A stretch of DNA of 64,000 bases from positions 2,007 to 66,006 of the forward strand of contig CBDBFH010000023.1 in the NCBI GenBank assembly GCA_965204775.1. The letters are read 5' to 3'. This stretch comes from Alphaproteobacteria bacterium. GTDB lineage: Bacteria; Pseudomonadota; Alphaproteobacteria; JAPOUT01; G958296285. The position numbers and the translations under genes are program-made. The stretch's first letter is position 1, and every line of letters begins with the position of its first letter. This document shows, piece after piece, positions 8,418-18,552 of the stretch. The notes below the pieces were generated by a model. The model ran no database searches. It had not been told where the DNA came from and was given only the letters and a program-made list of their open reading frames with translations.

Positions 8418-9989
8418 TCACGCAGCGTTGTCCGGCTGTGAGAGTCCGTGAGGGGTTTTGTCCCAGTGATGGGGGCGGCGGCACAGCTGCCAGAGGGCGC
8501 GCAGGGCGGCGGCCCCCATCAGCAACCAGAAGAGGGGGATGAAAACGGCATGGGGGGCCAGGTCTCTTTTGCCGGCTTGGCTTATGTGGCAGGCGAGGAA
8601 GCTGAAGAAGATGGCGGCGGCGTATCCGATGCCGCCCAGGGCGAGGGCGGCGGGCTTCCAGGAGATGACTCCGGCGAGAGACAGGACGATGATTGCGGGC
8701 CAGAGGGTGCAATGGGCGAGGAGGGAGATGATATAGGCGGGGATCATGCAGTGGAGCCAGAGGACGCCGCGCAGTCCGATGGCCTGGCGCAGGCGGCGGG
8801 GGCGGCGCATGGCGGCGAGCCAGGTCTGGAGCCATCCCTTGATCCAGCGCGAGCGCTGGCGCAGCCAGTTTTGGAGATGTCCGTTGGGCTCTTCGAGGGT
8901 GAGGGAATCGAGCATGGCGCAGCGCAGTCCGGCGCGGGCGATTCGCAGGCCGAGTTCGGCGTCTTCGGTCAGGTTGTATGCGTCCCAGCCGCCAAGTCTG
9001 ATGAGCGCGTCGGTGCGGAAATGGTTGGAGGTTCCGCCGAGCAGGACGGGAACGCCCAGGAGAACGCAAAGCGGCAGGAAGAGGGAGAAGTGGGTTGTGT
9101 ATTCGATGGCGAATTGCCTGGCGAGCCAGTTGTCGCTTTTGGAGCGGAAGAAGTTGAGGGGGGCCTGGAGGCAGACGAGTTCTTCGGGGGCCTGGCTGAA
9201 GGCATTGGCGGCGCGGCGCAATTGTTGGGGGTGGGGCTGGTCTTCGGCGTCATAGATGGTCAGGAGTTCGCCGCGCACGAAGAAGAGGGCGTAGTTGCAC
9301 GCCTTGGCCTTGGTCAGGGGAGGCCGGGAGGGGGTGATGACAACCTCGAAATGCGGCTCAAGCGGGAGTTTTTCGACATGGGCGATCAGCCCGGCGTCGT
9401 GGGCTTCGAGGACGAGTTTGATGTCGAGTTTGTCGGCGGGGTAATCGAGGGCGCGCAGATTGTCGATCAGTTTGTCGACGACGGCGGTTTCGCCGAGGAG
9501 GGGGGCGAGAATGGTGTAGACGGGGAGGTTATGGGTTTCGAGGGGTGTCTGGGGGAGAGGGGCGCAGGCGGCGGCGGGCGAGGTGAAGAGAAAGCGGGAG
9601 AGCATTCCATAGCGCAGGGCGACGGAGGCAAGGCACAGGAAGCCGAGGAAACTTCCGGAGTATGTGACAAAGGCATGAGGAGCGGGGACGGCGCACAAGA
9701 TCAGGCCGAGGCCGGCGGCGAGCAGGACGCAGAGCTGGCCGGGGGTGAAGAGGCGTTGCGCCGAGTCGGCGGGATCCAGTCCGGGGCGGCCATTGGCGGC
9801 CAGTTCGGCGAGCAGCGCATCATCGCCGCGCCGCGTGATTCGAGGCGGGCGCGGCGCGGGACTCCGGGCGGCGGGAGGAGCGGGAAAACTGATTCGCTTG
9901 GGGGCGAGGCCGGTCCGGCTTTGCGAAGCCTGCTGTTCCGGTGCAATGGGGCTTGCCTCGGACAAGCGCAGCGTGCCCCCCTTGGTCAC
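8418..9989 (-). CDS. Membrane-bound family 2 glycosyltransferase
   Basis: GT2 motifs YDAEDQP, TEDAELGLR and QRSRWIKGW, flanked by predicted TM helices. The exact start is uncertain. Confidence 0.75.
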   Translation of the reverse strand: MTKGGTLRLSEASPIAPEQQASQSRTGLAPKRISFPAPPAARSPAPRPPRITRRGDDALLAELAANGRPGLDPADSAQRLFTPGQLCVLLAAGLGLILCAVPAPHAFVTYSGSFLGFLCLASVALRYGMLSRFLFTSPAAACAPLPQTPLETHNLPVYTILAPLLGETAVVDKLIDNLRALDYPADKLDIKLVLEAHDAGLIAHVEKLPLEPHFEVVITPSRPPLTKAKACNYALFFVRGELLTIYDAEDQPHPQQLRRAANAFSQAPEELVCLQAPLNFFRSKSDNWLARQFAIEYTTHFSLFLPLCVLLGVPVLLGGTSNHFRTDALIRLGGWDAYNLTEDAELGLRIARAGLRCAMLDSLTLEEPNGHLQNWLRQRSRWIKGWLQTWLAAMRRPRRLRQAIGLRGVLWLHCMIPAYIISLLAHCTLWPAIIVLSLAGVISWKPAALALGGIGYAAAIFFSFLACHISQAGKRDLAPHAVFIPLFWLLMGAAALRALWQLCRRPHHWDKTPHGLSQPDNAA

Positions 9990-10145
9990 TCCCGCGAGAA
10001 TGATTCGCGTGAGAGTCTACACGTTTTCGGTGTGGGCGGCGCGGGCGGCGGGTTGTAGGGGAAGGCGAGCGGGGAATTATTTGGCCTGCCCGGGAGCCCT
10101 GCTGTAGCATGAGGGGAGGCAGCGGGAAGGCCGGGGAGGAGACAG

Positions 10146-11336
10146 ATGAGCAAGCCGAAAGCTTTCAAAATCCAGATGGCGCAGGCGGATATCGAGGCGA
10201 TTCTGGAAAGGGTCCGGGCCTATCGCTGGCACGAGATGCCGCAGATTGCACCGGACGGGGACCGCTGGGCCTATGGGACGGACATGGCCTATATGCAGGA
10301 GTTATGCGCCTACTGGGTTCAGGACTATGACTGGCGCGCACATGAGGCGCAGTTGAACCGCTTTTCGCATTTCCGGTGTGACGTGGACGGGCGGGGGGTT
10401 CATTTTATTCAGGCGAAATCTTCGAATCCGAACGCGCCGGCCCTGCTTTTGACTCATGGCTGGCCGGGCTCGGTCTATGAGTTCATGGAGGTGATCGGCC
10501 CGCTGGCGCGCCCGGAAGCCTTTGGGGGCCGGGCGCAAGACGGGATGGATGTGATTGCGCCCTCGCTGCCCGGCTATGCCTTTTCGGACAAGCCGGACAG
10601 GCCGCTGGGGCCCAAGAGCACCGCCGCTTTGTGGGACCGGCTGATGCGCGAGCAGCTGAACTATGACTCGTATATTGCCCAGGGCGGCGACTGGGGTGCG
10701 GTGGTTTCGAGTTTTCTGGGCTTGAATCATGCGCGGGGGGCGGGGGGCGGCTGCCGGGCGGTTCATTTGAATATGTACGCCCTGCGCTCTGCCGGGGCGC
10801 AGGCGCAGACGGCGGAGGAGAAACGGTGGCAGGAGTCGGCGCGCGCGGTGTTTGAATGGGAGAGCGCCTATCTGCGCCTTCAGATGACCAAACCGCAAAC
10901 CCTCTCCTATGCGATGATGGACAGTCCGGTCGGGGTGTGCGCGTGGATTGTGGAGAAGTTTCACCGCTGGTCGGACCGGCGCGGGGCGAAGCCGGGCGAG
11001 CATATCGAGAACGCTTTCAGCAAGGATCAGTTGCTGACCAATGTGATGATCTATCTTCTGACGCGCAGTTTTAACACGGCGGCGTGGTTTTACCGGGGGA
11101 TGGCGGAGGAAGGGGGCGTGGATCTGGCGGAAGGGGAGCGGATTGAGGTTCCGGTGGGTGCGGCGCTGTTTCCGCGCGAGTTCATCCCTTTTCCGCCGCG
11201 CCGGATGGTGGAGGCCGGATACAATATTCAGCGCTGGAGCGAGATGGCGCGCGGCGGCCATTTTGCGGCGATGGAGGAGCCAGGGCTGTTTGTCGAGGAT
11301 GTGCGCGCCTTTGTGCGCAGTCTTGCGCCGTCTTGA
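10146..11336 (+). CDS. Epoxide hydrolase (alpha/beta hydrolase with EHN N-terminal domain)
   Basis: HGWPGSVYEF, GGDWGAVV and the C-terminal GGHFAAMEEP pattern. Confidence 0.82.
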   Translation: MSKPKAFKIQMAQADIEAILERVRAYRWHEMPQIAPDGDRWAYGTDMAYMQELCAYWVQDYDWRAHEAQLNRFSHFRCDVDGRGVHFIQAKSSNPNAPALLLTHGWPGSVYEFMEVIGPLARPEAFGGRAQDGMDVIAPSLPGYAFSDKPDRPLGPKSTAALWDRLMREQLNYDSYIAQGGDWGAVVSSFLGLNHARGAGGGCRAVHLNMYALRSAGAQAQTAEEKRWQESARAVFEWESAYLRLQMTKPQTLSYAMMDSPVGVCAWIVEKFHRWSDRRGAKPGEHIENAFSKDQLLTNVMIYLLTRSFNTAAWFYRGMAEEGGVDLAEGERIEVPVGAALFPREFIPFPPRRMVEAGYNIQRWSEMARGGHFAAMEEPGLFVEDVRAFVRSLAPS

Positions 11337-11348
11337 GGGGCGCGAGGT

Positions 11349-12371
11349 TCAGGACCGGCGGCGGGGTTTGGCGCGGGAAGATGTGCGCCGCCGGGCGTGG
11401 ATGGCGGCAGGGGCGGCGGCGGGGGCGCGGCCCATGGCGAGGAATTTCTCGGATCGGGCGGTTTGGAGCTGTTCGGGGGTTTCGTCCTGCAATTCACGCA
11501 GATGGCGGGCGAGGGCCTGTCCGGCGGCGGCGATGGCCTCAGCGGGATTGCGGTGCGCGCCTCCCAGCGGCTCGGAGATGATCTCGTCGATCACGCCGAG
11601 GCGGATCAGGGACTGGGCGGTGATCCGCATGGCCCCGGCGGCGTCGCGGGCGCGGGCGGCGTCGCGCCAGAGGATCGAGGCGGAGGCCTCCGGCGAGGCG
11701 ACGGTGTAAATCGCATGTTCCAGCATCAAGACGCGGTTGGCAGTGGCCAGCGCGACCGCGCCGCCTGACCCGCCTTCGCCGATCACCAGCGCGAGATTGG
11801 GAACCTTGAGCGACAGGCAGCGGTCGGTGGAGCGGGCGATGGCCTCGGACTGGCCGCGCTGTTCGGCGCCGATTCCGGGATAGGCCCCGGCGGTGTCGAT
11901 CAGGCTGATCACCGGCAGGCGAAAGCGGTCGGCCAGCGTCATCAGCCGGACCGCCTTGCGATAGCCTTCGGGCCGGGCCATGCCGAAATTATGCTTGACC
12001 CGCGACTGGGTGTCGGCGCCCTTTTCATGGCCGATGACCATCACCGGCGCGCCGCGGAAGCGGGCGAGGCCGCCGAGGATCGCCTGATCGTCGGCATAGG
12101 CGCGATCTCCGGCGAGGGGGGAGAATTCGTCGAACAGGCTTTCGACATAATCCAGCATATGGGGCCGTTCGGGATGGCGGGCGACCTGACATTTCTGCCA
12201 CGGGTCGAGTTCTTTATAGAGTTTGCGCAAGAGGGCGGCGGCGCGCGTTTCGAGGCGGCGCGCCTCGCCCTTGATTTTGACCGAAGCGTCGCCTTCGGCG
12301 AGGGCGCGCAGTTCCTGGATCTTGCCCTCGAGTTCGGCCAGGGGTTTTTCGAAATCCAGATAGGCCGGCAT
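11349..12371 (-). CDS. accA: Acetyl-CoA carboxylase carboxyltransferase alpha subunit
   Basis: [18 protein letters not shown]...[16 protein letters not shown]...IGEGGSGGA. The C-terminal about 20 aa form an Ala/Arg-rich extension. Confidence 0.92.
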   Translation of the reverse strand: MPAYLDFEKPLAELEGKIQELRALAEGDASVKIKGEARRLETRAAALLRKLYKELDPWQKCQVARHPERPHMLDYVESLFDEFSPLAGDRAYADDQAILGGLARFRGAPVMVIGHEKGADTQSRVKHNFGMARPEGYRKAVRLMTLADRFRLPVISLIDTAGAYPGIGAEQRGQSEAIARSTDRCLSLKVPNLALVIGEGGSGGAVALATANRVLMLEHAIYTVASPEASASILWRDAARARDAAGAMRITAQSLIRLGVIDEIISEPLGGAHRNPAEAIAAAGQALARHLRELQDETPEQLQTARSEKFLAMGRAPAAAPAAIHARRRTSSRAKPRRRS

Positions 12372-12467
12372 GTAAAGACCGCCTCCGCTTCCCCGTTGCG
12401 GGTGTGCCTCCTTCCTCCTCCGCCTTTGTTAAGATTCCCTTGAGCGCGGCGGATTGAGACGGGGAGT

Positions 12468-13424
12468 CTAGCCGTTTTTGGCGGGCAGGGCCAGAGGGTG
12501 GCGGGTGTTGACGATTTGGGCGAGGCGCTCTTCGAGGACGTGGGTATAGATCTGGGTGGTTGAAATATCGGCGTGACCGAGCATTTTCTGGACGACGCGC
12601 AGATTTGCGCCGCGGGCGAGGAGGTGGCTGGCGAAGGCGTGGCGCAGGACATGGGGGCTGACGGCTTTTGGATCGAGTCCGGCCTGTGAGGCTGCGTTTT
12701 TGAGGATTTGGGCGAAGCGGTGGCGGGTGAGATGGCCTTTGGCGGCGGCGGCGGAGGGGAAGACATAGGACGAGGCGGCGGCGCGCGTGGGGGCGGGGCG
12801 GGCCAGCCAGTCGTCGAGGGCGGCGCGGGCGGGGGGGCTGAGGGGGACGATGCGTTCGCGGTCGCCTTTGCCGCGAATGAGCAGGAAGCGGGGGTCATGG
12901 GCGGCGGCTTCGCGGCGCAGGCCGACCAGTTCCGAGACGCGCAATCCGGTGGCATAGAGGAGTTCCAGGAGGCAGACGAGGCGGGCGCGGGCGTGGGCCT
13001 GCGCCGGGGTCTGGCCGGGGTGCGGGCGCCGCGCGGCGGCGAGCAGGGCTTCGACTTGAGACACGCTGAGGATTTTGGGCAGGCTTTTGGCGGCGCGGGG
13101 GGCTTGCAAATCGCGGGCGGGGTTGTCGGGGCGGCGCTTTTCGAGGAGGAGGAATTTGAAGAATTGCCGCAGCGCCGAAATCTGGCGGGACTGGGTTGCG
13201 CGGGCGCGGTTTTCTTTGGCGGCGGCGGCGAGAAAGGCGCGCAGATCGGAGGCTTCGGCGCGCAGCGGGCTGCGGTCGCGGCGGCGCAGAAACCGGCAGA
13301 GTTTGTCCAGATCGCGCCGATAGGCCTGCAGGGTGTTGGCGGCGGCGGCGCGCTCGACGCTCATCATTTCGAGAAACGTCTCGATGGCGCGGGCGTCTTC
13401 CGGTTTGAGCGATTCAGCGCGCAT
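12468..13424 (-). CDS. xerD: Tyrosine site-specific recombinase XerD
   Basis: Full-length Xer pattern: LLYATGLRVSELVGL, HVLRHAFASHLL, LGHADISTTQIYTHV. Confidence 0.9.
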   Translation of the reverse strand: MRAESLKPEDARAIETFLEMMSVERAAAANTLQAYRRDLDKLCRFLRRRDRSPLRAEASDLRAFLAAAAKENRARATQSRQISALRQFFKFLLLEKRRPDNPARDLQAPRAAKSLPKILSVSQVEALLAAARRPHPGQTPAQAHARARLVCLLELLYATGLRVSELVGLRREAAAHDPRFLLIRGKGDRERIVPLSPPARAALDDWLARPAPTRAAASSYVFPSAAAAKGHLTRHRFAQILKNAASQAGLDPKAVSPHVLRHAFASHLLARGANLRVVQKMLGHADISTTQIYTHVLEERLAQIVNTRHPLALPAKNG

Positions 13425-15063
13425 GGATCACTGCGGCCTCGACGGCGATCTGCCGGGCATGATCCTCCAGTCCGGCGAGGACCAGAGCATGGGTTGCGGC
13501 ATAGAAGAGGGCGGGGTCCGGAGCGGCGCGCCGATTGGCCCGGTCGAGCAGGGCGAGGACATGCAAGACGGCCTCGCCCCGCCATCCGGCGCGGGCGGCG
13601 GCGATCATGGTCTGGGCTGATTGGGGGAGTTCCGGCGGGGCGAGGCCGGGAACGGCAAAGGCCCCGGCAAGGAGCGCAGCGAGGAGCGGCGAGTCCGGCG
13701 GCGGGGCGGTGTTTTGGGTTTCTTGATTTTCCTGGTTCCGGCGCGCGGCGGCGGCGCGGAAGAGGAGCGTCACGGCGCGGATCATGATGTCGGTTTCGGG
13801 GGTTTGATCTTCGGGGGTTTGATCTGTCCGGGCGGACGGGGCCAGCGCCGTCCAGCGGCGCAAGGCGTTGCGGTCCTGGGCGAGGAGGAAGGCAGCCAGC
13901 GCATCGGGCAGGAGGCCGCGCAAGGCCGGATCGGGGTCAAGCGCGCGCAAGGCGGGGGTATAGGCTTCAAGCAAAGCGAGGTAGAGGGCGGGGTTGCGGG
14001 CGGCGGCGAGTTGCTCTTGCAGGGCGGCGGGCAGGAGTGGGTCTTGCCCGGCGGCAGCGGGCGGGGGCGGGTCTTGCCCGGCGGTGGCGGGCGCGGGCGG
14101 GTCTTGCCTGGCGGCGGCGGGCGGGGGCGCGACGGCGCGCAGACGCAAGCGGCGGGCGGCGGCCAGCGCCAGCGGCGAGGCGGGCGCGGCCATCGACAGC
14201 AGGAGGGGAAGCAGCGCAGGGGGCGCGGCGAAGGCGGCGGTTTCGGGCGGGGTGCGCCGGGCCTGGCGGTAGAGGGCGAGTTCGACGCCGGTGAGGCGGC
14301 GGGGCGGCGCGCCGGGGTCTTCCTGCTGTCCGAGGGCGGCGGCGAGGAGGGGGAAGAAGGCGGGGTCGCCGCCGCCTTCGCGCAGGAGATCGGCGGTGAA
14401 CAAAGCGGCTTCGGCGCGACCTTCGAGGGCGGCGCACAGGGCGGCGAGATGAAGGGGGAAGGTCTCGCCCCGGCGCGCTTCCAGTTGGCGTGGGCGGAGG
14501 CGGGCGAAGGCGCAGGCGCGGCGCGGGCGGCCTTCGGCCAGAGCGAGGCGAATGCGCAGGGGGTCGAGTTCGGGATCGGCGAGCAGCGCGGGCCAGATTT
14601 CGGCCAGACGGTTGAGGGAGTCGAGGTCGCCCAGATCATAGAGGCGGGCCAGGCGCAGGCGGTTGAAGCGGCGGCGGGTTTCGGGATCGAAAGCGAGCGG
14701 GGCGGCGGTGAGCAGGAGGCGGCGGGCGAGGGCGATTTGGGCGGGCCGGTCGGCATGGAGCGTCCAGTTCTGCATGAGGGCGAGGAGGCGGGCGGGGTCG
14801 GCGCTCTGCCAGATATCTTCGCCCAGCCCCTGGGCGGCGGGGAGCAGGCCGAGGCGTTCGGGTTGGGCGGGCGGGCTTTGGAATCCGAAGACCGGGGGCC
14901 GGACCGGCGGCGGGGGCAGGGGCTTGGGGGCGGGGCGGGCGAGGCCGGGGGGCCGCACATCGAGCGGTTCGGCGCGGGCGGCGAAGGGAGAGAGGGCGGC
15001 GGCGATGATCAGAAGAAGCGCGCCGGCTGGCGGGAGGAGGTTTCTAGCGGGGGAATTGTTCAT
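13414..15063 (-). CDS. Ala/Pro/Leu-rich exported protein of unknown function
   Basis: N-terminal signal-like LLPPAGALLLIIAAALSPFAARA. 549 aa with consistent codon bias. Contains in-frame tandem repeats. Confidence 0.6.
   Translation of the reverse strand: MNNSPARNLLPPAGALLLIIAAALSPFAARAEPLDVRPPGLARPAPKPLPPPPVRPPVFGFQSPPAQPERLGLLPAAQGLGEDIWQSADPARLLALMQNWTLHADRPAQIALARRLLLTAAPLAFDPETRRRFNRLRLARLYDLGDLDSLNRLAEIWPALLADPELDPLRIRLALAEGRPRRACAFARLRPRQLEARRGETFPLHLAALCAALEGRAEAALFTADLLREGGGDPAFFPLLAAALGQQEDPGAPPRRLTGVELALYRQARRTPPETAAFAAPPALLPLLLSMAAPASPLALAAARRLRLRAVAPPPAAARQDPPAPATAGQDPPPPAAAGQDPLLPAALQEQLAAARNPALYLALLEAYTPALRALDPDPALRGLLPDALAAFLLAQDRNALRRWTALAPSARTDQTPEDQTPETDIMIRAVTLLFRAAAARRNQENQETQNTAPPPDSPLLAALLAGAFAVPGLAPPELPQSAQTMIAAARAGWRGEAVLHVLALLDRANRRAAPDPALFYAATHALVLAGLEDHARQIAVEAAVIHAR
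14041..14130. repeat. 3 x 30-bp in-frame tandem repeat inside the 13414..15063 gene
   Basis: gtcttgcccggcggcagcgggcgggggcgg, then two near-identical units. Encodes (A/P)4-5 A(R/G)QDP repeats. A separate 2 x 15-bp repeat lies at 13795-13824. Confidence 0.9.
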
Positions 15064-15181
15064 CGGAGAGGGTTTTTTCCACCTGGCGCAAGGGTGGCTG
15101 TGCGCGCTGAAGGAGGAAAGTGGCGGTTCCGGCGGCGGCGATCGCGAGCAGGAAGAGAGAGATGACGACGCGAAACATCAT
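15044..15181 (-). CDS. Possible small membrane protein (45 aa)
   Basis: MMFRVVISLFLLAIAAAGTATFLL... has one hydrophobic helix. Its end overlaps the start of the 549-aa gene. No clear Shine-Dalgarno sequence. Confidence 0.3.
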   Translation of the reverse strand: MMFRVVISLFLLAIAAAGTATFLLQRAQPPLRQVEKTLSDEQFPR

Positions 15182-15311
15182 GAGGGGAGCATGGCGGGGC
15201 GCGGGTGGGGGGGGCGGGAGGCCGAGGAGAGGATATATGTTTTTACATGTTTGGGGATGATTTTGTTTATTGTGTTCAGGTTGATTGGGTTTGTTGTGGT
15301 TTTGGGCGGAG

Positions 15312-15824
15312 ATGCGGCGGGGTTTGCGGATTGTCTTGATCGGGATGATGGGCGCGGGCAAGAGCGCGACGGGCCGGATTTTGGGCGAGCTGCTGGATAT
15401 TCCCTTTTCTGATTCGGATGAGGTGATTGCCGGGGAGGCAGGGATGCCGGTTGCGCGGATTTTTGACGCGGAGGGGGAGGCGGGTTTTCGGCGGCGGGAG
15501 AAGGAGGTGATGGCCCGTCTTTTGGCCTGCGAGCGGCTGGTTTTGGCGGCGGGGGGGGGATCGATTCTTGATTCCGGGACGCGGGGCCTGATTGCGCGCC
15601 GCGCGGCTTCGGTCTGGCTGAAGGCGCGGGCCGGGACGCTGGCCGGGCGTTTGGGGGCGGGAGCGGGGCGGCCGCTTTTGCGGGGGCGCGATCTTTGCGC
15701 GCAGCTGCGCGGCCTGCTGGCGGCGCGCGAATCTTTTTACGCGCGCGCCGATATGACTCTGGAAACCGATTCGCTTTCGCCCCGGGCGGCGGCGGAGGCG
15801 ATCTGCGCGTGGCTTGCCCGATGA
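15312..15824 (+). CDS. aroK: Shikimate kinase
   Basis: LIGMMGAGKSATGRILGELL (P-loop)...DSDEVI...FRRREKEV. ATGA overlap with aroB. Confidence 0.9.
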   Translation: MRRGLRIVLIGMMGAGKSATGRILGELLDIPFSDSDEVIAGEAGMPVARIFDAEGEAGFRRREKEVMARLLACERLVLAAGGGSILDSGTRGLIARRAASVWLKARAGTLAGRLGAGAGRPLLRGRDLCAQLRGLLAARESFYARADMTLETDSLSPRAAAEAICAWLAR

Positions 15825-16957
15825 CCGAGCGCAGATTCGCCCGCCGGGACGCATATGAGATTGAGGTTGCGGCGGGGCCTTTGTCCTATCGGGTTTTGGT
15901 GGGGCGTGATCTGTTGGCGCGGGCGGGGGAGTTGTTGCGCCCGCATCTTTCGGGCGGACGGGCGGCGATTGTGACCGACCGGGTTTTGGCGGCGCGCTAT
16001 GGGGAGCAGGTGAGGGGCGCGCTGGGGGCGGCGGGGATTGAGGCGGAGCTGTTTCTGGTCCCGGAGGGCGAGGCGGCCAAGCGTTTTGGCGAGCTGGAGA
16101 AGTTGTGCCGGGCGCTGCTGGCGGCGCGCCTTGAGCGGCATGATCTGGTCTGTGGGCTGGGCGGGGGCAGCATTGGCGATCTGGCGGGTCTGGCGGCGAG
16201 TCTGGTCCGGCGGGGCGTGCATCTGGCGCACCTGCCGACCAGTTTGCTGGCGCAGGTTGATTCCGCGATTGGGGGCAAGACGGCGATTGACACCGAACAG
16301 GGGAAGAATCTGATTGGGAGTTTTTATCATCCCCGCCTTGTGATCAGCGATATTGGGGTTTTGGAGAGTTTGCCGGCGCGGGCCATGCGCGGCGGCTATG
16401 CCGAGATTGTCAAATATGCGCTGATCGGGGACCGGGCGTTTTACGACTGGCTGGACGAGCATCTGGAGGCGATTTTATCGCGCGAGCCGGGGGCGCTGGC
16501 GGCGGCGATTGCCGAGAGCGTGCGGGCCAAGGCGCGGATTGTGGGGGAAGATCCGCAAGAATCGGGGCGGCGGGCGCTTCTCAATCTGGGTCACACTTTT
16601 GGCCATGCGCTGGAGACGGCGGCGGGCCACGGCGCGCAGCTGCCGCATGGCGAGGCGGTGGCGGTCGGGCTGGTTCTGGCCTTTGATTTTTCGGTTCGCC
16701 TGGGCCTGTGCCGGGCGGAGGAGGCGGAGGCGGTGCGCGGTCATCTGCGCCGGGCGGGTCTGCCGGTTTCGGCGGCGGGCTTGCCGGTCCGGCCTGAGCC
16801 GGATCATCTGATTGAGATTATGGGGCAGGACAAGAAAGTCTCGCGCGGGCGGCTTGGTTTCATTTTGGCGCGGGGGATCGGGCGGGCGGAGATTGTTCGC
16901 GATCCGCCGCGCGAGGAGTTGCGCGCGCTGCTGGCGGGGAGTCTGGGCCGGGCATGA
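15821..16957 (+). CDS. aroB: 3-dehydroquinate synthase
   Basis: GGGSIGDLAGLAAS, PTSLLAQVDSAIGGKTAI, NLGHTFGHALE. Start set at the ATG overlapping the aroK stop. Confidence 0.92.
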   Translation: MTERRFARRDAYEIEVAAGPLSYRVLVGRDLLARAGELLRPHLSGGRAAIVTDRVLAARYGEQVRGALGAAGIEAELFLVPEGEAAKRFGELEKLCRALLAARLERHDLVCGLGGGSIGDLAGLAASLVRRGVHLAHLPTSLLAQVDSAIGGKTAIDTEQGKNLIGSFYHPRLVISDIGVLESLPARAMRGGYAEIVKYALIGDRAFYDWLDEHLEAILSREPGALAAAIAESVRAKARIVGEDPQESGRRALLNLGHTFGHALETAAGHGAQLPHGEAVAVGLVLAFDFSVRLGLCRAEEAEAVRGHLRRAGLPVSAAGLPVRPEPDHLIEIMGQDKKVSRGRLGFILARGIGRAEIVRDPPREELRALLAGSLGRA

Positions 16958-18246
16958 GCGCCGAGGCGTTGATCTGGATTGTGGTGATCGGCTTTTTGCT
17001 GGTCTTTTCGGCCTTTTTCTCGGCCTCGGAGACGGCGATCACGGCTGCGATGCGCTCGCGGGTGCACCGCAAGGCGCAGGCCGGGTCGCGGCGGGCGCAG
17101 ATCGCCGCCTTTTTGATAGAGAACCGCCCGCGGGTGATCGGGGCGATTTTGCTGGGCAACAATCTGGTGAATATTCTGGCCTCGGCGCTGGCGACGAGTC
17201 TGTTTTTGAACGCCTTTGGCGAGGCCGGGATTTTCTACGCGACGCTGGCGATGACGGCGCTGATTGTGATTTTGGCCGAGCTGTTGCCGAAGACCTGGGC
17301 GATTGTGCGCGCCGAGCGGGCGGCGATCGGGATTGCGCCGGTTTTGCGCGCGGTTCTGGCGGTTTTGGGTCCGGCGGCGGCGGCGGCGCAGGCGATTTCG
17401 GGCGCGCTGCTGGCGCCGTTTGAGCGGCGCGGGCGCGGGCCGGGCCGGGCGGCGGCGGCGCGCGAGGAGTTGCGCGGCGCGATTGCCCTGCACCATCACG
17501 AGGGGGCGGTGATCAAGGGCGACCGGGACATGCTGGGCGGCATTCTGGATCTGGACGAGATCGCGGTGAGCGAGGTGATGATTCCCCGCACGGACATGGC
17601 CGTGGCCGACGCCGATTTGCCGGCGCTGGCTTTGGCCGGGAAGATTTTGGACTGCGGCCATTCGCGGGTTCCGCTCTGGCGGGGCCAGACGGAGAATGTG
17701 ATTGGTTTTTTGCACGTAAAAGATCTGCTGCGCGCGATTGTCCGGGCGCAGGGGCGGATTGCGGCGCTGGACGTCCCGGCGCTGGCGCGCGCGCCGTGGT
17801 TTGTGGTTGAGAGCGTTTCGCTGCGCCGGCAGTTGAGCGCTTTTCTGGAGCGCAAGAGTCATTGCGCCTTTGTGGTCGACGAATATGGCGGTCTGTTGGG
17901 GATGGTCACGCTGGAGGACATTCTGGAGGAGATTGTCGGCGAGATCAGCGATGAAGACGACCGGACGCCGCCTGCGCTGCGCGAGGAGGCGGGCTGGGTG
18001 TTTGCGCAGGGGTCGATGACGATTCGCGATCTCAACCGGGCTTTAGACTGGCGTCTGCCCGACGACAAGGCGTCGACGATTGCCGGTCTGGTGATTGAGG
18101 AGGCAGGGGAGATTCCGCAGACCGGGCGGCGGTTTTCCTTTCACGGGGTGGATTTTGAGATTGTGGGGCGCAAGGGGCGTCGGATCACCGGGATCCGGAT
18201 GCGGCGGGCGGACGGCGGCGCGGCGAGCGGGCTTCCTGGGGGGTGA
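16954..18246 (+). CDS. HlyC/CorC (CNNM) family transporter: DUF21 + CBS pair + CorC_HlyC
   Basis: N-terminal TM region with SASETA, CBS region VSEVMIPRTDM...GHSRVPL, C-terminal TLEDILEEIVGEI...IRDLN. Confidence 0.85.
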   Translation: MSAEALIWIVVIGFLLVFSAFFSASETAITAAMRSRVHRKAQAGSRRAQIAAFLIENRPRVIGAILLGNNLVNILASALATSLFLNAFGEAGIFYATLAMTALIVILAELLPKTWAIVRAERAAIGIAPVLRAVLAVLGPAAAAAQAISGALLAPFERRGRGPGRAAAAREELRGAIALHHHEGAVIKGDRDMLGGILDLDEIAVSEVMIPRTDMAVADADLPALALAGKILDCGHSRVPLWRGQTENVIGFLHVKDLLRAIVRAQGRIAALDVPALARAPWFVVESVSLRRQLSAFLERKSHCAFVVDEYGGLLGMVTLEDILEEIVGEISDEDDRTPPALREEAGWVFAQGSMTIRDLNRALDWRLPDDKASTIAGLVIEEAGEIPQTGRRFSFHGVDFEIVGRKGRRITGIRMRRADGGAASGLPGG

Positions 18247-18511
18247 GGGCGGTGATGCGCAGGGCATGGAGGCCGTTTTGCCAGAGTTCGGCGGCGGCGC
18301 GGTGGATCATGCGGTGGCGCTGAAGGCGGCTGTGTCCGGCGAAGGCGGCGGCGATGATGCGCAGGCGCAGATGGGTCTCGCCCCCGGCGGGGGCGGCGGG
18401 ATGGGTGCGATGGGCCTGGCTTTCATCGCAGATTTCGACGCGATCCGGGCGCAAGGCCTGGAGAGCCTCGCAAAGCGCGCGGGCGCGGGGTCCGTTGGCT
18501 TTTTTCAGCAA
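18185..18511 (-). CDS. bolA: BolA family protein
   Basis: VEICDESQAHRTH...HLRLRIIAAAFAGHSRLQRHRMIH...LHALRI. Confidence 0.82.
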   Translation of the reverse strand: MLKKANGPRARALCEALQALRPDRVEICDESQAHRTHPAAPAGGETHLRLRIIAAAFAGHSRLQRHRMIHRAAAELWQNGLHALRITALTPQEARSPRRRPPAASGSR

Positions 18512-18552
18512 TGTCTTGCCCTGCCGGGCGGTTGAAGCTGATAATCGCCATC

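Noticed and set aside
12468-13424. xerD as the recombinase responsible for the tRNA-Gly cassette.
   Set aside because: It is a full-length core XerD in conserved context, 9 kb from the cassette, with host-like G+C. Nothing links it to the island.
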